A DNA stretch of 64,000 nucleotides from Candidatus Doudnabacteria bacterium (GTDB taxonomy: Bacteria; Patescibacteriota; Doudnabacteria; UBA920; 2-01-FULL-46-14), in assembly GCA_041497195.1 (NCBI GenBank), contig JBGQGB010000005.1:9243-73242 (forward strand), written 5' to 3'. Positions 8,766-18,972 of the stretch are shown one piece after another. Below the pieces are notes generated by a model that was given only the letters and a program-made list of their open reading frames with translations, made no database searches and was not told the origin of the DNA. The position numbers were made by a program, and so were the translations under genes. The first letter of the stretch is position 1. Every line of letters begins with the position of its first letter.

Positions 8766-9809
8766 TCAACCGAATGTGAAAGTGAACGCTTGGAAACCAC
8801 TCCCGACAATCGTGATTTCCAGTAGGTGATCAGAATAGTCGGCTGAATTAAATAAAGTATACAGCTCGGAAGCCTCAACTGTGACTGGTGGCTGCAGCAC
8901 CCCGTCCACAGTGATGCTGAGCTTGGCCGGAGCAGCGCTCTCGCCCACCAGAAACACTTTTCCAGAGTGAAACTTCAGGCGGATCTTGCCAGTCTGCCCA
9001 GCCAGGGTCGCAGCTTCTTTGGTAAAAACCCACGAGCCCTCCAGGGCGAAATTGTTCAAAGCCAAATCTTTTGACAAAGCATAATTCTGCTTCACAAACG
9101 AGGGGGTCTGATCTGGACTCAAATTGGCCAACCTGTCCGTGCCGAAATACATTTCCGGTGACTGAATTTTGTCGAGATTGTCACTGGCATTTCCCATCTG
9201 CTCAGTCTCAAGACCCAGAAGAGTGCGAATCGCATTTTCCGTTTTGTCATAATCGCCTTCGCCAAAATGTATATACACGATATTGCCCTTTTGATCAATC
9301 AGATATTCAGCCGGCCAATATTGGTTATTGTAGGCGTTCCAGGTAGCATATTCATTGTCCTGGGCAACCGGGTAGTGAATGTTAAAATGCTTGATGGCAT
9401 CAGCAACGTTTTTAGTGTCTTTTTCAAAAGCAAACTCCGGGGTATGGACACCCACGACGACGAATCCTTGGTCTTTGTAGGTATCGTACCACTTGGTCAC
9501 ATACGGCAGGGTCCGGATACAATTGATGCAAGAAAAGGTCCAAAAATCTACTAACACGACTTTTCCCTTCAAACTTTGCGTACTAAGCGGCGCGCTATTG
9601 AGCCAATGATCAATGCCCTGAAACTGCGGGGCGGGACCGTAATTCTGAAAATCAATTTTGGCCATAGGGGTTTGGTCTCCGGTTTTGGGGGCGGGGACGG
9701 GATTAATGTTTTTAGGACTAAATTTGGAATGCCGGTCCAGATATGCTCCGGCTGCCACGAACACTATCAAAACGAGAGCGATCAAGAAAAGCTTTTTTTT
9801 CAGATTCAT
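8766..9809 (-). CDS. membrane-anchored TlpA/ResA-like thioredoxin-fold thiol-disulfide oxidoreductase with an extra ~170-aa C-terminal domain
   Basis: N-terminal TM anchor; WTFSCINCIRTLP CxxC motif; redoxin-like core; extended C-terminal domain of unknown function. Confidence 0.7.
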   Translation of the reverse strand: MNLKKKLFLIALVLIVFVAAGAYLDRHSKFSPKNINPVPAPKTGDQTPMAKIDFQNYGPAPQFQGIDHWLNSAPLSTQSLKGKVVLVDFWTFSCINCIRTLPYVTKWYDTYKDQGFVVVGVHTPEFAFEKDTKNVADAIKHFNIHYPVAQDNEYATWNAYNNQYWPAEYLIDQKGNIVYIHFGEGDYDKTENAIRTLLGLETEQMGNASDNLDKIQSPEMYFGTDRLANLSPDQTPSFVKQNYALSKDLALNNFALEGSWVFTKEAATLAGQTGKIRLKFHSGKVFLVGESAAPAKLSITVDGVLQPPVTVEASELYTLFNSADYSDHLLEITIVGSGFQAFTFTFG

Positions 9810-9821
9810 AGACGGGGGTTT

Positions 9822-10523
9822 TTAATATTTGGGACTGAACGCCGGGTAGTGTTGCAAAATCAGGGCATAAATTTGGGTATCGTAATTGAAATAAATAGCC
9901 AGGGCCAGCAGAACGATGACGATGCCGAATGCCCGCTGTAAAAACCCGGCATATTTGGCAATACTTCTGACTTTGGCTGTGGCATACTGACCGCCATAAG
10001 CGATAAGGAGCATGGGGACGGCCGCGCCCAGGGCATAGGCCACGAGCAAGATCCCAGCAGTCAGAAAATTTTGTTGGGCCGCGACCAGGGTCAGCACTGA
10101 GCCCAGAACCGGCCCAGCGCACGGCGTCCATACAATGCCCAAAGTCATGCCCAAAACCAAGCCGCCGATATTTCCCGTGCCCGCACTGGTGCCAACTCGA
10201 CCCATGCTACCAAACCAGGCACTGAGACGCCTGGTGGCGAGCTCAAAGGGCTGCGGCCAAATCATCAATAGCCCGAACAAACCCAAAACGATGATGGCGA
10301 GAGTCCGAATGGAATTGGGGCTGATACCCAAGTGACGCGCAACCAAAGAAATAAACAAACTGGCCAGGGAAAACACGAGGATAAAACCCGCGACAATAAA
10401 CAGCGGTCGCGACCGGCTCGTCTGTCCGACCGCGGTGCCAAGTAAAATCGGCAGAAGCGGCAAAATGCACGGCGCGGCCACGGTCAAAACTCCGGCGAGA
10501 ATGGCAATCAGGATTTGCAACAT
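9822..10523 (-). CDS. ccdA: cytochrome c-type biogenesis / thiol-disulfide transporter CcdA (DsbD transmembrane domain)
   Basis: Two conserved Cys in TM helices (AAPCILPLLP ... WTPCAGPVLG), six-TM architecture. Confidence 0.8.
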   Translation of the reverse strand: MLQILIAILAGVLTVAAPCILPLLPILLGTAVGQTSRSRPLFIVAGFILVFSLASLFISLVARHLGISPNSIRTLAIIVLGLFGLLMIWPQPFELATRRLSAWFGSMGRVGTSAGTGNIGGLVLGMTLGIVWTPCAGPVLGSVLTLVAAQQNFLTAGILLVAYALGAAVPMLLIAYGGQYATAKVRSIAKYAGFLQRAFGIVIVLLALAIYFNYDTQIYALILQHYPAFSPKY

Positions 10524-10535
10524 GACTGAAACGTA

Positions 10536-10937
10536 TTAGGCTTTTTTCTGCAGCATCAGGCAGGCGGAATTAATGCAAAACCGCTTGCCGGTAGTCTCCT
10601 GCGGCCCGTCCTCGAAAACATGACCCAGGTGAGCGCCGCATTTGGCGCACGTCACCTCAGTCCGGCCCATACCCATACTGGAATCATCCTGAAACTCCAC
10701 ACTGCCGGGGATGGCCTGGTCAAAACTCGGCCAGCCGGTGCCGGAATCAAACTTGGTCGCGGAGTCAAACAACTGGTTGCCGCAAGCGGCGCAGGCATAC
10801 ATACCTTGGTCTTTGGTGTGGACGTACTTTCCGGTAAAAGGCATTTCCGTGCCTTTCTCCCGCATAATGTGATACTGCTCCGGGGTCAGGGTTTTTTTCC
10901 AGTCCTCTTCGGTTTTCGGCATTTTTGTGTCTGCCAT
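10536..10937 (-). CDS. msrB: peptide-methionine (R)-S-oxide reductase MsrB
   Basis: CxxC ... CxxC zinc site and GWPSF / [17 protein letters not shown] catalytic region. Confidence 0.85.
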   Translation of the reverse strand: MADTKMPKTEEDWKKTLTPEQYHIMREKGTEMPFTGKYVHTKDQGMYACAACGNQLFDSATKFDSGTGWPSFDQAIPGSVEFQDDSSMGMGRTEVTCAKCGAHLGHVFEDGPQETTGKRFCINSACLMLQKKA

Positions 10938-10996
10938 GAGATTGATCCTTTCTTTTTAACTATCTTCTACTAATAGTATATCTGAATGAAAAGATA

Positions 10997-11016
10997 ATGT
11001 CAAGTTGACTTGACAT
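10997..11016. promoter_or_regulatory. perfect 9-bp inverted repeat ATGTCAAGT-tg-ACTTGACAT overlapping the -35 of a TTGACA-17-TATACT promoter for msrB
   Basis: Seen directly; about 70 bp upstream of the msrB ATG on the minus strand. Confidence 0.5.
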
Positions 11017-11053
11017 TAGAAAATAACAAGTTAAGGTAAAAATACTTTAGATA

Positions 11054-11101
11054 TAAAAAAAGAAGCGGGGGACTGCCTGTGATAGCACAGTCGCTCCCGC
11101 T
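11054..11101 (-). terminator. intrinsic terminator downstream of the methyltransferase gene
   Basis: GC-rich hairpin gcgggagcgactgtgctatcacaggcagtcccccgc followed by a T-run on the minus strand. Confidence 0.5.
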
Positions 11102-11116
11102 GAGTTCGTTTTCATT

Positions 11117-11977
11117 CTACCGGGCGGTCTGCATCGCCCAGACCTGGCCGAGATCGAGCAGGGCGTTGATTTTGTTCGTATCAATTGACGCCCTATCGGG
11201 AGAGGATAGCCTGGGCACAACTTCCCGCTGGCTCCACCTGGTGATCTTGAAACCGATCTCCATGAAGAACCGCTCAGCTTCTTCGAGAGTGCTGAAGAAG
11301 TTTGATCGGATGTCGCGGCCGACGATAACGGAAAAGGTCCTCATTGTCTCGACGAGGGTTGGATTCATACGGATCATCCCTTCCAGTTGCTCCAGCGGCA
11401 TGACATCGGGGGTAATCCAGATACCGCCGCGCTCAGTTAGAAGATGATGGATATTTCTTGCCGCTAGTTTTTGCTCTTCCCGCGATAAATACATCAACAG
11501 GCCTTCGTTGACGACGGCAATCGGGTCGTTATCAAAAAAAGATCCGATCGACTGGAAACTGCTGTTGTCCACGACATTCACGGAGAGCCAGGATAGATTC
11601 TTTCGCGGTTTACCGCAGAGTATCCCCGTGACGATTTTTTGCTTCTCGGCGAGGATCTCGGGCAGATCGGTCTCCAGGTAGGTGACTTCCTGATCCTGAC
11701 TCCAGATGAGCCCCCTCGGAGAAAGGCCTCCGGCGAGTTCGACTATGTTGCGGCAACCGAAACGGCCGAGCAACCCATCCACTGACTTGTAACGAATTTC
11801 CATGTATGGTGCCGCCCAGAGAAAATCTTGAGCTTTGAGGCCGAGGGTTTTGCTCAGAACTTCATCGGCATGACATGCCATCGCGATTTCCCGCGAGAAC
11901 GGAATGTCAGTAAACACCCGAAGGGCAGCAACCACCTTGGCTGTTGGGCTAATCCTCGAATAGGCCGGGGTATTCAT
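11117..11977 (-). CDS. class I SAM-dependent methyltransferase (LCM/TcmP-like family)
   Basis: N-terminal TAKVVAALRV motif and overall similarity to the putative SAM-dependent O-methyltransferase family; GGAGGAA RBS. Confidence 0.55.
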   Translation of the reverse strand: MNTPAYSRISPTAKVVAALRVFTDIPFSREIAMACHADEVLSKTLGLKAQDFLWAAPYMEIRYKSVDGLLGRFGCRNIVELAGGLSPRGLIWSQDQEVTYLETDLPEILAEKQKIVTGILCGKPRKNLSWLSVNVVDNSSFQSIGSFFDNDPIAVVNEGLLMYLSREEQKLAARNIHHLLTERGGIWITPDVMPLEQLEGMIRMNPTLVETMRTFSVIVGRDIRSNFFSTLEEAERFFMEIGFKITRWSQREVVPRLSSPDRASIDTNKINALLDLGQVWAMQTAR

Positions 11978-12123
11978 TAGATTCCTCCTGCATACTTTGA
12001 TTTGCTTATCTGCCTGTTTGAGAAACAGTATATTGTTGCATACCCCGAAGCCTTGGTCAAGACATAGTTTACATAATCGCCCAAGAATTGAACAATAATC
12101 GCGTAAAAAATCTTCAATTAAAA

Positions 12124-12411
12124 TTAGATTTGTTTCTGCTGAGAACCAAAAAGCGCTGCAAATGAAGGCGCGGCTGCGCTCGGCTGAACTTGAGTTTGGG
12201 AAGATTGTGTCCCAAGGATTGCCGGTGCGTTGCTCGGATGGGGGGTAATGACTGATTTTGCCGCCGTAGGCGAAAATAAGTTTTTACTAGCCACAATCAA
12301 AACTACCAGACTGAGGCTGGCAAAAAATAATTTAGCCCGGGGCAATTTTTTTGATCTCGGAGAAAACCGCTCGTCGGGCCTCACGTTGGCTTGGGTTATC
12401 GTATCATTTAG
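12124..12411 (-). CDS. hypothetical single-pass membrane protein with Ser/Gln/Pro-rich C-terminus (start trimmed to MLNDTITQ)
   Basis: ORF-track ORF; the upstream part overlaps the 16S transcript terminator; weak support. Confidence 0.3.
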   Translation of the reverse strand, partial: LNDTITQANVRPDERFSPRSKKLPRAKLFFASLSLVVLIVASKNLFSPTAAKSVITPHPSNAPAILGTQSSQTQVQPSAAAPSFAALFGSQQKQI

Positions 12412-12477
12412 CATTGGGAGCCATAGTTTATGACGCTTAAAAAGCCGGTTTCTTACTATAGACCTACTTAAATACCT

Positions 12478-12512
12478 ACGAAAAAACACCCTGATTGGGT
12501 GTCTTTTATTTT
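12478..12512. terminator. intrinsic terminator about 200 nt downstream of the 16S 3' end (acaccc-aatca-gggtgt plus T-run)
   Basis: Hairpin with U-tracts on both strands. Confidence 0.55.
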
Positions 12513-12704
12513 GGCCCCTGAATAGTGATAGGAATTACCCTACTTCGCTCTTGCGAGCTATGAAGGGCTTACGCATCAAGCCTTTGAGGAATCTACTTGT
12601 ACATAAGATTCGGGAAAGGACTTTGGCATTTCCGGCCCAGCGTTGTGGGCCAGAAACGATCGACATTCTCCGTAGAAACTACGGAAAATTATTTAATCTC
12701 CTTA

Positions 12705-14168
<1,464 letters not shown>

Positions 14169-14587
14169 AAGGATCGTCCAAAAATCAAAGATTTTCGAAC
14201 ATCCTAATTGGCTCAAGCCTGTCCTCCAAAACTCCCCGAGGAGAGTGAAGGACGAATAAATGAGCTAGCGACAGATATTTTTTACCTTTCGATTTCACTC
14301 AAGGTAACCCTGAGCGAAGTCGAAGGGTTATAATGGTCATCTGTCAAAAACCATCCAAAATCAATTGGAATTGACGCGTAATTGACCCTGCTTCCGAACT
14401 TGACGAACGGAACCAGGGTTTCCTATCACTATTCAGTTGCCAAAGAACTTTTGCCTTGTTTAAGCTCCAAAAGATACAAAAAACACGCGATCCAAAGCGT
14501 GTCATATCCCCCGAACACACGAATTTCTTAGGAATTGCTTGCGACTTTTGTCTCCTTTTAAAAAAGCTTAATAATTAAGGCTCCTTT

Positions 14588-14617
14588 ATTATAGCCCTCG
14601 TTGACCCGTCTTGTCAA
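14588..14617 (-). promoter_or_regulatory. candidate rRNA promoter TTGACA-18-TATAAT about 420 nt upstream of the 16S 5' end
   Basis: Consensus hexamers on the minus strand just downstream of the clpP terminator. Confidence 0.35.
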
Positions 14618-14657
14618 ATCAAAAGCCCTCTCAGAGTGAAAGGGCCTAGTCTCGCCT

Positions 14658-15233
14658 TTAAGTGATGATTTTGTCGATGATGCCGTATTTCTTGGCATCT
14701 TCGGCAACCATGAAAAAATCGCGGTCTGTGTCTTTTTCAATTTTGGCAATAGGCTGGCCAGTGTGTTTGGAAAGAATCTTGTCCACTTGCTCTTTGATGC
14801 GAAGCATTTCTCTGGTTTGAATCGCCACATCTTTGGCTTGGCCTTCCGCCCCGCCCATGATCTGGTGGATAAGGACCCGGGCATTCGGCAGAGAAAATCT
14901 TTTCCCCTTGGCCCCGGCAGCGAGCAGGACTGCGGCCGCGGACGCAGCTTGGCCGACGCAAATCGTGACCACGTCGTTTTTGACGTGCTGCATGGTATCG
15001 TAAATGGCCAAAGCAGCAGTCACGGAGCCACCCGGAGAATTGATATACATCTTGATTTCTTTTTTGGGATCCTCGGCAGCGAGAAACAACAACTGGGCAA
15101 TCACGAGATTGGCCATATGATCATCAATCGGCTCGCCTAAAAAAATGATTCTCTCTTTGAGCAGTCTGGAATAAATATCATAGGCTCGCTCGCCAAAAGG
15201 AGATTTGTCAATGACCATTGGTATTAGAGGCAT
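14658..15233 (-). CDS. clpP: ATP-dependent Clp protease proteolytic subunit ClpP
   Basis: Ser-His-Asp catalytic region ([20 protein letters not shown]) and length. Confidence 0.9.
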   Translation of the reverse strand: MPLIPMVIDKSPFGERAYDIYSRLLKERIIFLGEPIDDHMANLVIAQLLFLAAEDPKKEIKMYINSPGGSVTAALAIYDTMQHVKNDVVTICVGQAASAAAVLLAAGAKGKRFSLPNARVLIHQIMGGAEGQAKDVAIQTREMLRIKEQVDKILSKHTGQPIAKIEKDTDRDFFMVAEDAKKYGIIDKIIT

Positions 15234-15271
15234 AATAGTTCCTTTCTTTTTTGCTAAATTAATTCCTCAAA

Positions 15272-16468
15272 CTATTCTGACGGCTTCGGCTCTTCTGCAG
15301 GCAAAGTCTCGGCAAGTGGTTCTTCTGTTGGTACTTCTGTCTCGGTTGCAGGTACCGCAGCCTCACCAACCGGTTCGGCCGGTTCTTCGGAAGGAGCGGC
15401 GACTTCTGGCGAAGCCACTGCTTCACCGCCAAGTTTCTCGCCAGCAATATCTATCTTCCATCCAGTCAGCCGGGCGGCAAGACGGACATTTTGGCCAGCT
15501 TTGCCGATAGCCAAACTGAGTTGGTCTTCCATCACTCCGACTTTGGCTTCTTTCAGCTCCTCGTTGAGCTGCACATTAATAATCTTGGCCGGGCTTAGCG
15601 CGTTGGCAATGAATTTTACCGGGTCATCACTCCATTCGATAATATCGATTTTCTCACCGCCCAGTTCAGCCATGACAGTCTGCACCCGGGTCCCGCGCTG
15701 CCCGACACAAGCACCGATGGGGTCGACTCCTTCTTGGTTGCTGAATACCCCGACTTTGGAACGCGAGCCGGCTTCACGGGCGATCGCTTTGATTTCGATG
15801 ACTCCATTATAAACTTCCGGGACTTCTATCTCAAACAAGCGGCGGACAGCATCCGGATGAGAACGCGACAGAGTGATCTTCGGCCCTTTGGCCGTGGACT
15901 CGACGTGTAAAATCAAAAGTTTTATCCGGGAGCCGATCTTGTATTGCTCGCCGCGAATCTGCTCGGACGGAAACAAAACCCCAGTGGCTTTGCCCAAATC
16001 CACCAAGACCGTGTCTTTTTCCATGCGCTGCACAATCCCGGTCACGAGCTGGCGTTCTTTGGCTTTGAACTCAGTGAACATCACATTGCGCTCGGCCTCC
16101 CGCAGTTTCTGGATGATGACTTGCTTGGCGGTTTGCGCCGCTATGCGGCCAAAACTCGTCCCGGTCTTGGGAGTAATTTCAGTTCTGAGCTCATCGCCGA
16201 CCTTGCAACTCTTTTTGATTTTATGCGCCTCCTCGAGAGCCAGTTCTTTTTGGGGGTCCTCAACCGTCTCTACGACAGTTTTGACGTCAAAAACCTTCAT
16301 GGCCATGGTCTCGGCATTGAGTTCTACTACTACATTTTGGTCCTTTTCGCCGTAATCTTTTCGAAAAGCAGCGGCTAGGGAAGTTTCAATCATTTTCAAA
16401 ACTTCGTTTTTATCAAGGCCTTTTTCTTCGGCAATCTCGTTCAGAGCTGAGGCAAATTCCTCGTTCAT
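15272..16468 (-). CDS. nusA: transcription termination/antitermination factor NusA with acidic Pro/Glu-rich C-terminal tail
   Basis: S1 and two KH domains (GACVGQRGTRVQ, AIGKAGQNVRLAARLTG). Confidence 0.9.
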   Translation of the reverse strand: MNEEFASALNEIAEEKGLDKNEVLKMIETSLAAAFRKDYGEKDQNVVVELNAETMAMKVFDVKTVVETVEDPQKELALEEAHKIKKSCKVGDELRTEITPKTGTSFGRIAAQTAKQVIIQKLREAERNVMFTEFKAKERQLVTGIVQRMEKDTVLVDLGKATGVLFPSEQIRGEQYKIGSRIKLLILHVESTAKGPKITLSRSHPDAVRRLFEIEVPEVYNGVIEIKAIAREAGSRSKVGVFSNQEGVDPIGACVGQRGTRVQTVMAELGGEKIDIIEWSDDPVKFIANALSPAKIINVQLNEELKEAKVGVMEDQLSLAIGKAGQNVRLAARLTGWKIDIAGEKLGGEAVASPEVAAPSEEPAEPVGEAAVPATETEVPTEEPLAETLPAEEPKPSE

Positions 16469-16632
16469 CGTCGCAACTGGTATTACCTTCGCCTCGAGCT
16501 TATTGCTCGAAGGCTGCGGTATACATATTGCTCCTCTTTCCCAAAATCCGCCTGAGGCAGACTACTCGTTTTGGGAATCTTTAATTATCAATACGGGGAA
16601 GGAGTTTAAAAAATGCCGGCTACTCGCCTGCA

Positions 16633-17058
16633 TTAATCTGAATCTTCAACCGCGTTCTCCACTAGTTTAACAGATTTGACGGAGTTGTCAACCGGGTCCA
16701 TTAATACTGCCACCACGTCTATTTGGACCTCAAAATCTTCGAATTCGGGGCGCGCTTGCAAAAAAAGCTGCAACATTCTGCGCAAATACTCCTGTTTCTG
16801 AGCGTCAACCGCTTCCAGGGTGTCCATGAACTCTTCCGTACTTCTGGTTTTGACCTCCACCACCACGAGTTGTCTGCCTTTCCGGCAAATGATATCGATT
16901 TCCCCGAGTTTCTTGCGATCGTAAACCGCGAAATTGCGTTCTAAGATTCGATAGCCCTTCTGTCGGTACAAATAGCTGACCCATTCTTCCCCGGCCATGC
17001 CGGTTGGCAACGCTTTGAGATCAGGCGGCCTCAAAAAAAATTTATTGAGCAGGCTCAC
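16633..17058 (-). CDS. yraN: YraN-family (UPF0102) endonuclease
   Basis: GEIDII...VVVEVKTR motif. Confidence 0.7.
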   Translation of the reverse strand: MSLLNKFFLRPPDLKALPTGMAGEEWVSYLYRQKGYRILERNFAVYDRKKLGEIDIICRKGRQLVVVEVKTRSTEEFMDTLEAVDAQKQEYLRRMLQLFLQARPEFEDFEVQIDVVAVLMDPVDNSVKSVKLVENAVEDSD

Positions 17059-17462
17059 TTTCTTGCCAGGTATTTGCGCTTAGTTGCCTCATCCCGCCAA
17101 GCGCGAACTTGCGGTCCAAAATCAAACAACAAATATTTCAGAATAAACCCAAACCAAACCAGACCCATCAACAAAAAACACAACTCCAAAAAATGAGTGG
17201 ACAGCCAGGGGATGTTCTCGAAACGCATGCCAAACCAAAATAGCGTCAAAAGTCCGGTCGTAAAAAAAAGATGAAAAAAACGGCTCAGCAGATGGCGAGG
17301 CGGGCTGTTTTTCTCAGAAAGCCACACAAAAATTTTGGCAACTATCGCAATGATCACAAACCCAACTCCGATCCAGAAAAAAATATAGTCTGAGCGGGAG
17401 AGACTCAAAGGGTTTGGCCCAAACAAATAGAGGCTATTCCACAATTTATTAAAATCTGGCAT
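17055..17462 (-). CDS. hypothetical membrane protein (start trimmed to MPDFNKLW)
   Basis: Three to four TM helices; ATGA overlap with yraN. Confidence 0.45.
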   Translation of the reverse strand: MPDFNKLWNSLYLFGPNPLSLSRSDYIFFWIGVGFVIIAIVAKIFVWLSEKNSPPRHLLSRFFHLFFTTGLLTLFWFGMRFENIPWLSTHFLELCFLLMGLVWFGFILKYLLFDFGPQVRAWRDEATKRKYLARK

Positions 17463-17520
17463 ATGAACTTGTGAACGCAAAAGTTACCAACCTGCTCACC
17501 CTTAAATTTAGCTTGATCTT

Positions 17521-18090
17521 TTACTTTTGATACAAAAGTGCGTAGTGAAAAGCACCCGCCTGCAGCTCCTTGACCGGCCGAAAACTATATTGCTCCAAAA
17601 GCTTGGCGGCTTCCTCTTTGGGCAAACGCTGGGGCACAGGCGGCCCGAACATAGCGTCAGGCGTATATTCCACGACCAAAATCTGTCCCCCGGTTTTCAA
17701 GATACGATAAGCCTCCCGCAGCACTTCATTTCGGTTCCGAACTTGGTGCAGCAAACTCGAAAGAATTACAAAATCAGTGCCCGTATCCGGCAATTTGGTA
17801 GCCCCGTATTTCTCCAAATCACACTGCCTGGTCGTGATGTTATGCAGTCCGACCAGCCGGGCCAAAGTGGCCGTCTGAGAAAGAGCGTCCTCCATCACGT
17901 CAAAGGCAGACACCTGGCCTTTGGTCCCCACGAGCGCGCCGGCGGCGACCGCGTAATGACCGTTACCCGCACCAAAATCCGCCACTGTCATCCCTGGTTC
18001 CAGAGGAATCGATCTCAAAAGATCCTCCGGCCGCAGAAACTCTTTGGTTTTGTATTTGGTCTGAAACGAAAATGCCATTTTGGATTTCAA
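17521..18090 (-). CDS. class I SAM-dependent methyltransferase (Methyltransf_11/25 type)
   Basis: VADFGAGNGHYAV motif I and post-I acidic residue. Confidence 0.7.
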   Translation of the reverse strand: MKSKMAFSFQTKYKTKEFLRPEDLLRSIPLEPGMTVADFGAGNGHYAVAAGALVGTKGQVSAFDVMEDALSQTATLARLVGLHNITTRQCDLEKYGATKLPDTGTDFVILSSLLHQVRNRNEVLREAYRILKTGGQILVVEYTPDAMFGPPVPQRLPKEEAAKLLEQYSFRPVKELQAGAFHYALLYQK

Positions 18091-18094
18091 AACA

Positions 18095-18895
18095 TCAAAC
18101 GATTTGTCTATAGCTGCTTATATTCAAGCATTTCCCGGAGTCTTCGTCAATCTGGAGAACGACATAATCCATTTCGAATTTTTCCGATTCCGCGATCTCC
18201 AGTCCAACTTCGCCGGGATTCAAAAATCGTTTCAGAACCGGCTCCACTGCTACGCCGATTACCGAATCAGCAGCCGCCACCATACCAACATCAGTGAGAT
18301 AACCCGTGCCTTGGGGCAAAATTTGCGCGTCCGCAGTCGGCACGTGCGTGTGGGTACCGAGCACTGCTGAGACTCGGCCGTCGGCCCAAAAGCCCATACC
18401 GCGCTTTTCCGAAGTGGCCTCGGCATGAAAATCCACGATCCGGATTTTGGCCTGAGAGCCCTCACTAGCGAGAATCTCATTAAGCGCGAGAAATGGGTTG
18501 CCAATCTCCCCCAGATCAAACTGCTTCTCCATAAAAGCCTGACCCAACAGATTGATGACCAGAATCGGCACCCCCTTGACGGTGATGAGGCGAAACCCCT
18601 TCCCCGGCAGTTCCGCGGGAACATTGGCGGGGCGAATAATCCGCTCGGGCCATTTTTCGAAAACCGCTTTGCCCTCGGGTTTGTCAAAGACGTGATTGCC
18701 GGAGGTAAAAAAATCTATGCCGGACTCCAGCATGGCGTTTACGGTCGATAGCGTGACTCCTTTTCCATGAGCCAAATTTTCCGCATTGGTCATGACCAAA
18801 TCCGGCACGTGTGTGGCCCGAAGTTCCGGGAGCAATTTGGCCACCGCGTGCCGGCCGGTTTTCCCGTTGATGTCGCCGAAAAATAATATTTTCAT
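18095..18895 (-). CDS. ymdB: YmdB-like metallophosphoesterase (2',3'-cyclic-nucleotide phosphodiesterase family TIGR00282)
   Basis: MKILFFGDINGKTGR, GNHVFD and GTHTHVPT motifs; immediately downstream of rny as in Bacillus. Confidence 0.8.
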   Translation of the reverse strand: MKILFFGDINGKTGRHAVAKLLPELRATHVPDLVMTNAENLAHGKGVTLSTVNAMLESGIDFFTSGNHVFDKPEGKAVFEKWPERIIRPANVPAELPGKGFRLITVKGVPILVINLLGQAFMEKQFDLGEIGNPFLALNEILASEGSQAKIRIVDFHAEATSEKRGMGFWADGRVSAVLGTHTHVPTADAQILPQGTGYLTDVGMVAAADSVIGVAVEPVLKRFLNPGEVGLEIAESEKFEMDYVVLQIDEDSGKCLNISSYRQIV

Positions 18896-18972
18896 AAGCT
18901 TATAGGAATTAGCTTTTAGCTTGTATGTAATCAACTCGAGCTACCAGCTACAAGCTATTGATTATAAGCTAA

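Noticed and set aside
8759-8878. Long N-terminal extension of the XRE regulator ORF (TTG start at 8878)
   Set aside because: The first 40 codons are hydrophobic junk overlapping the upstream gene end; the HTH domain starts at an internal ATG, giving a typical 65-aa Cro-like protein
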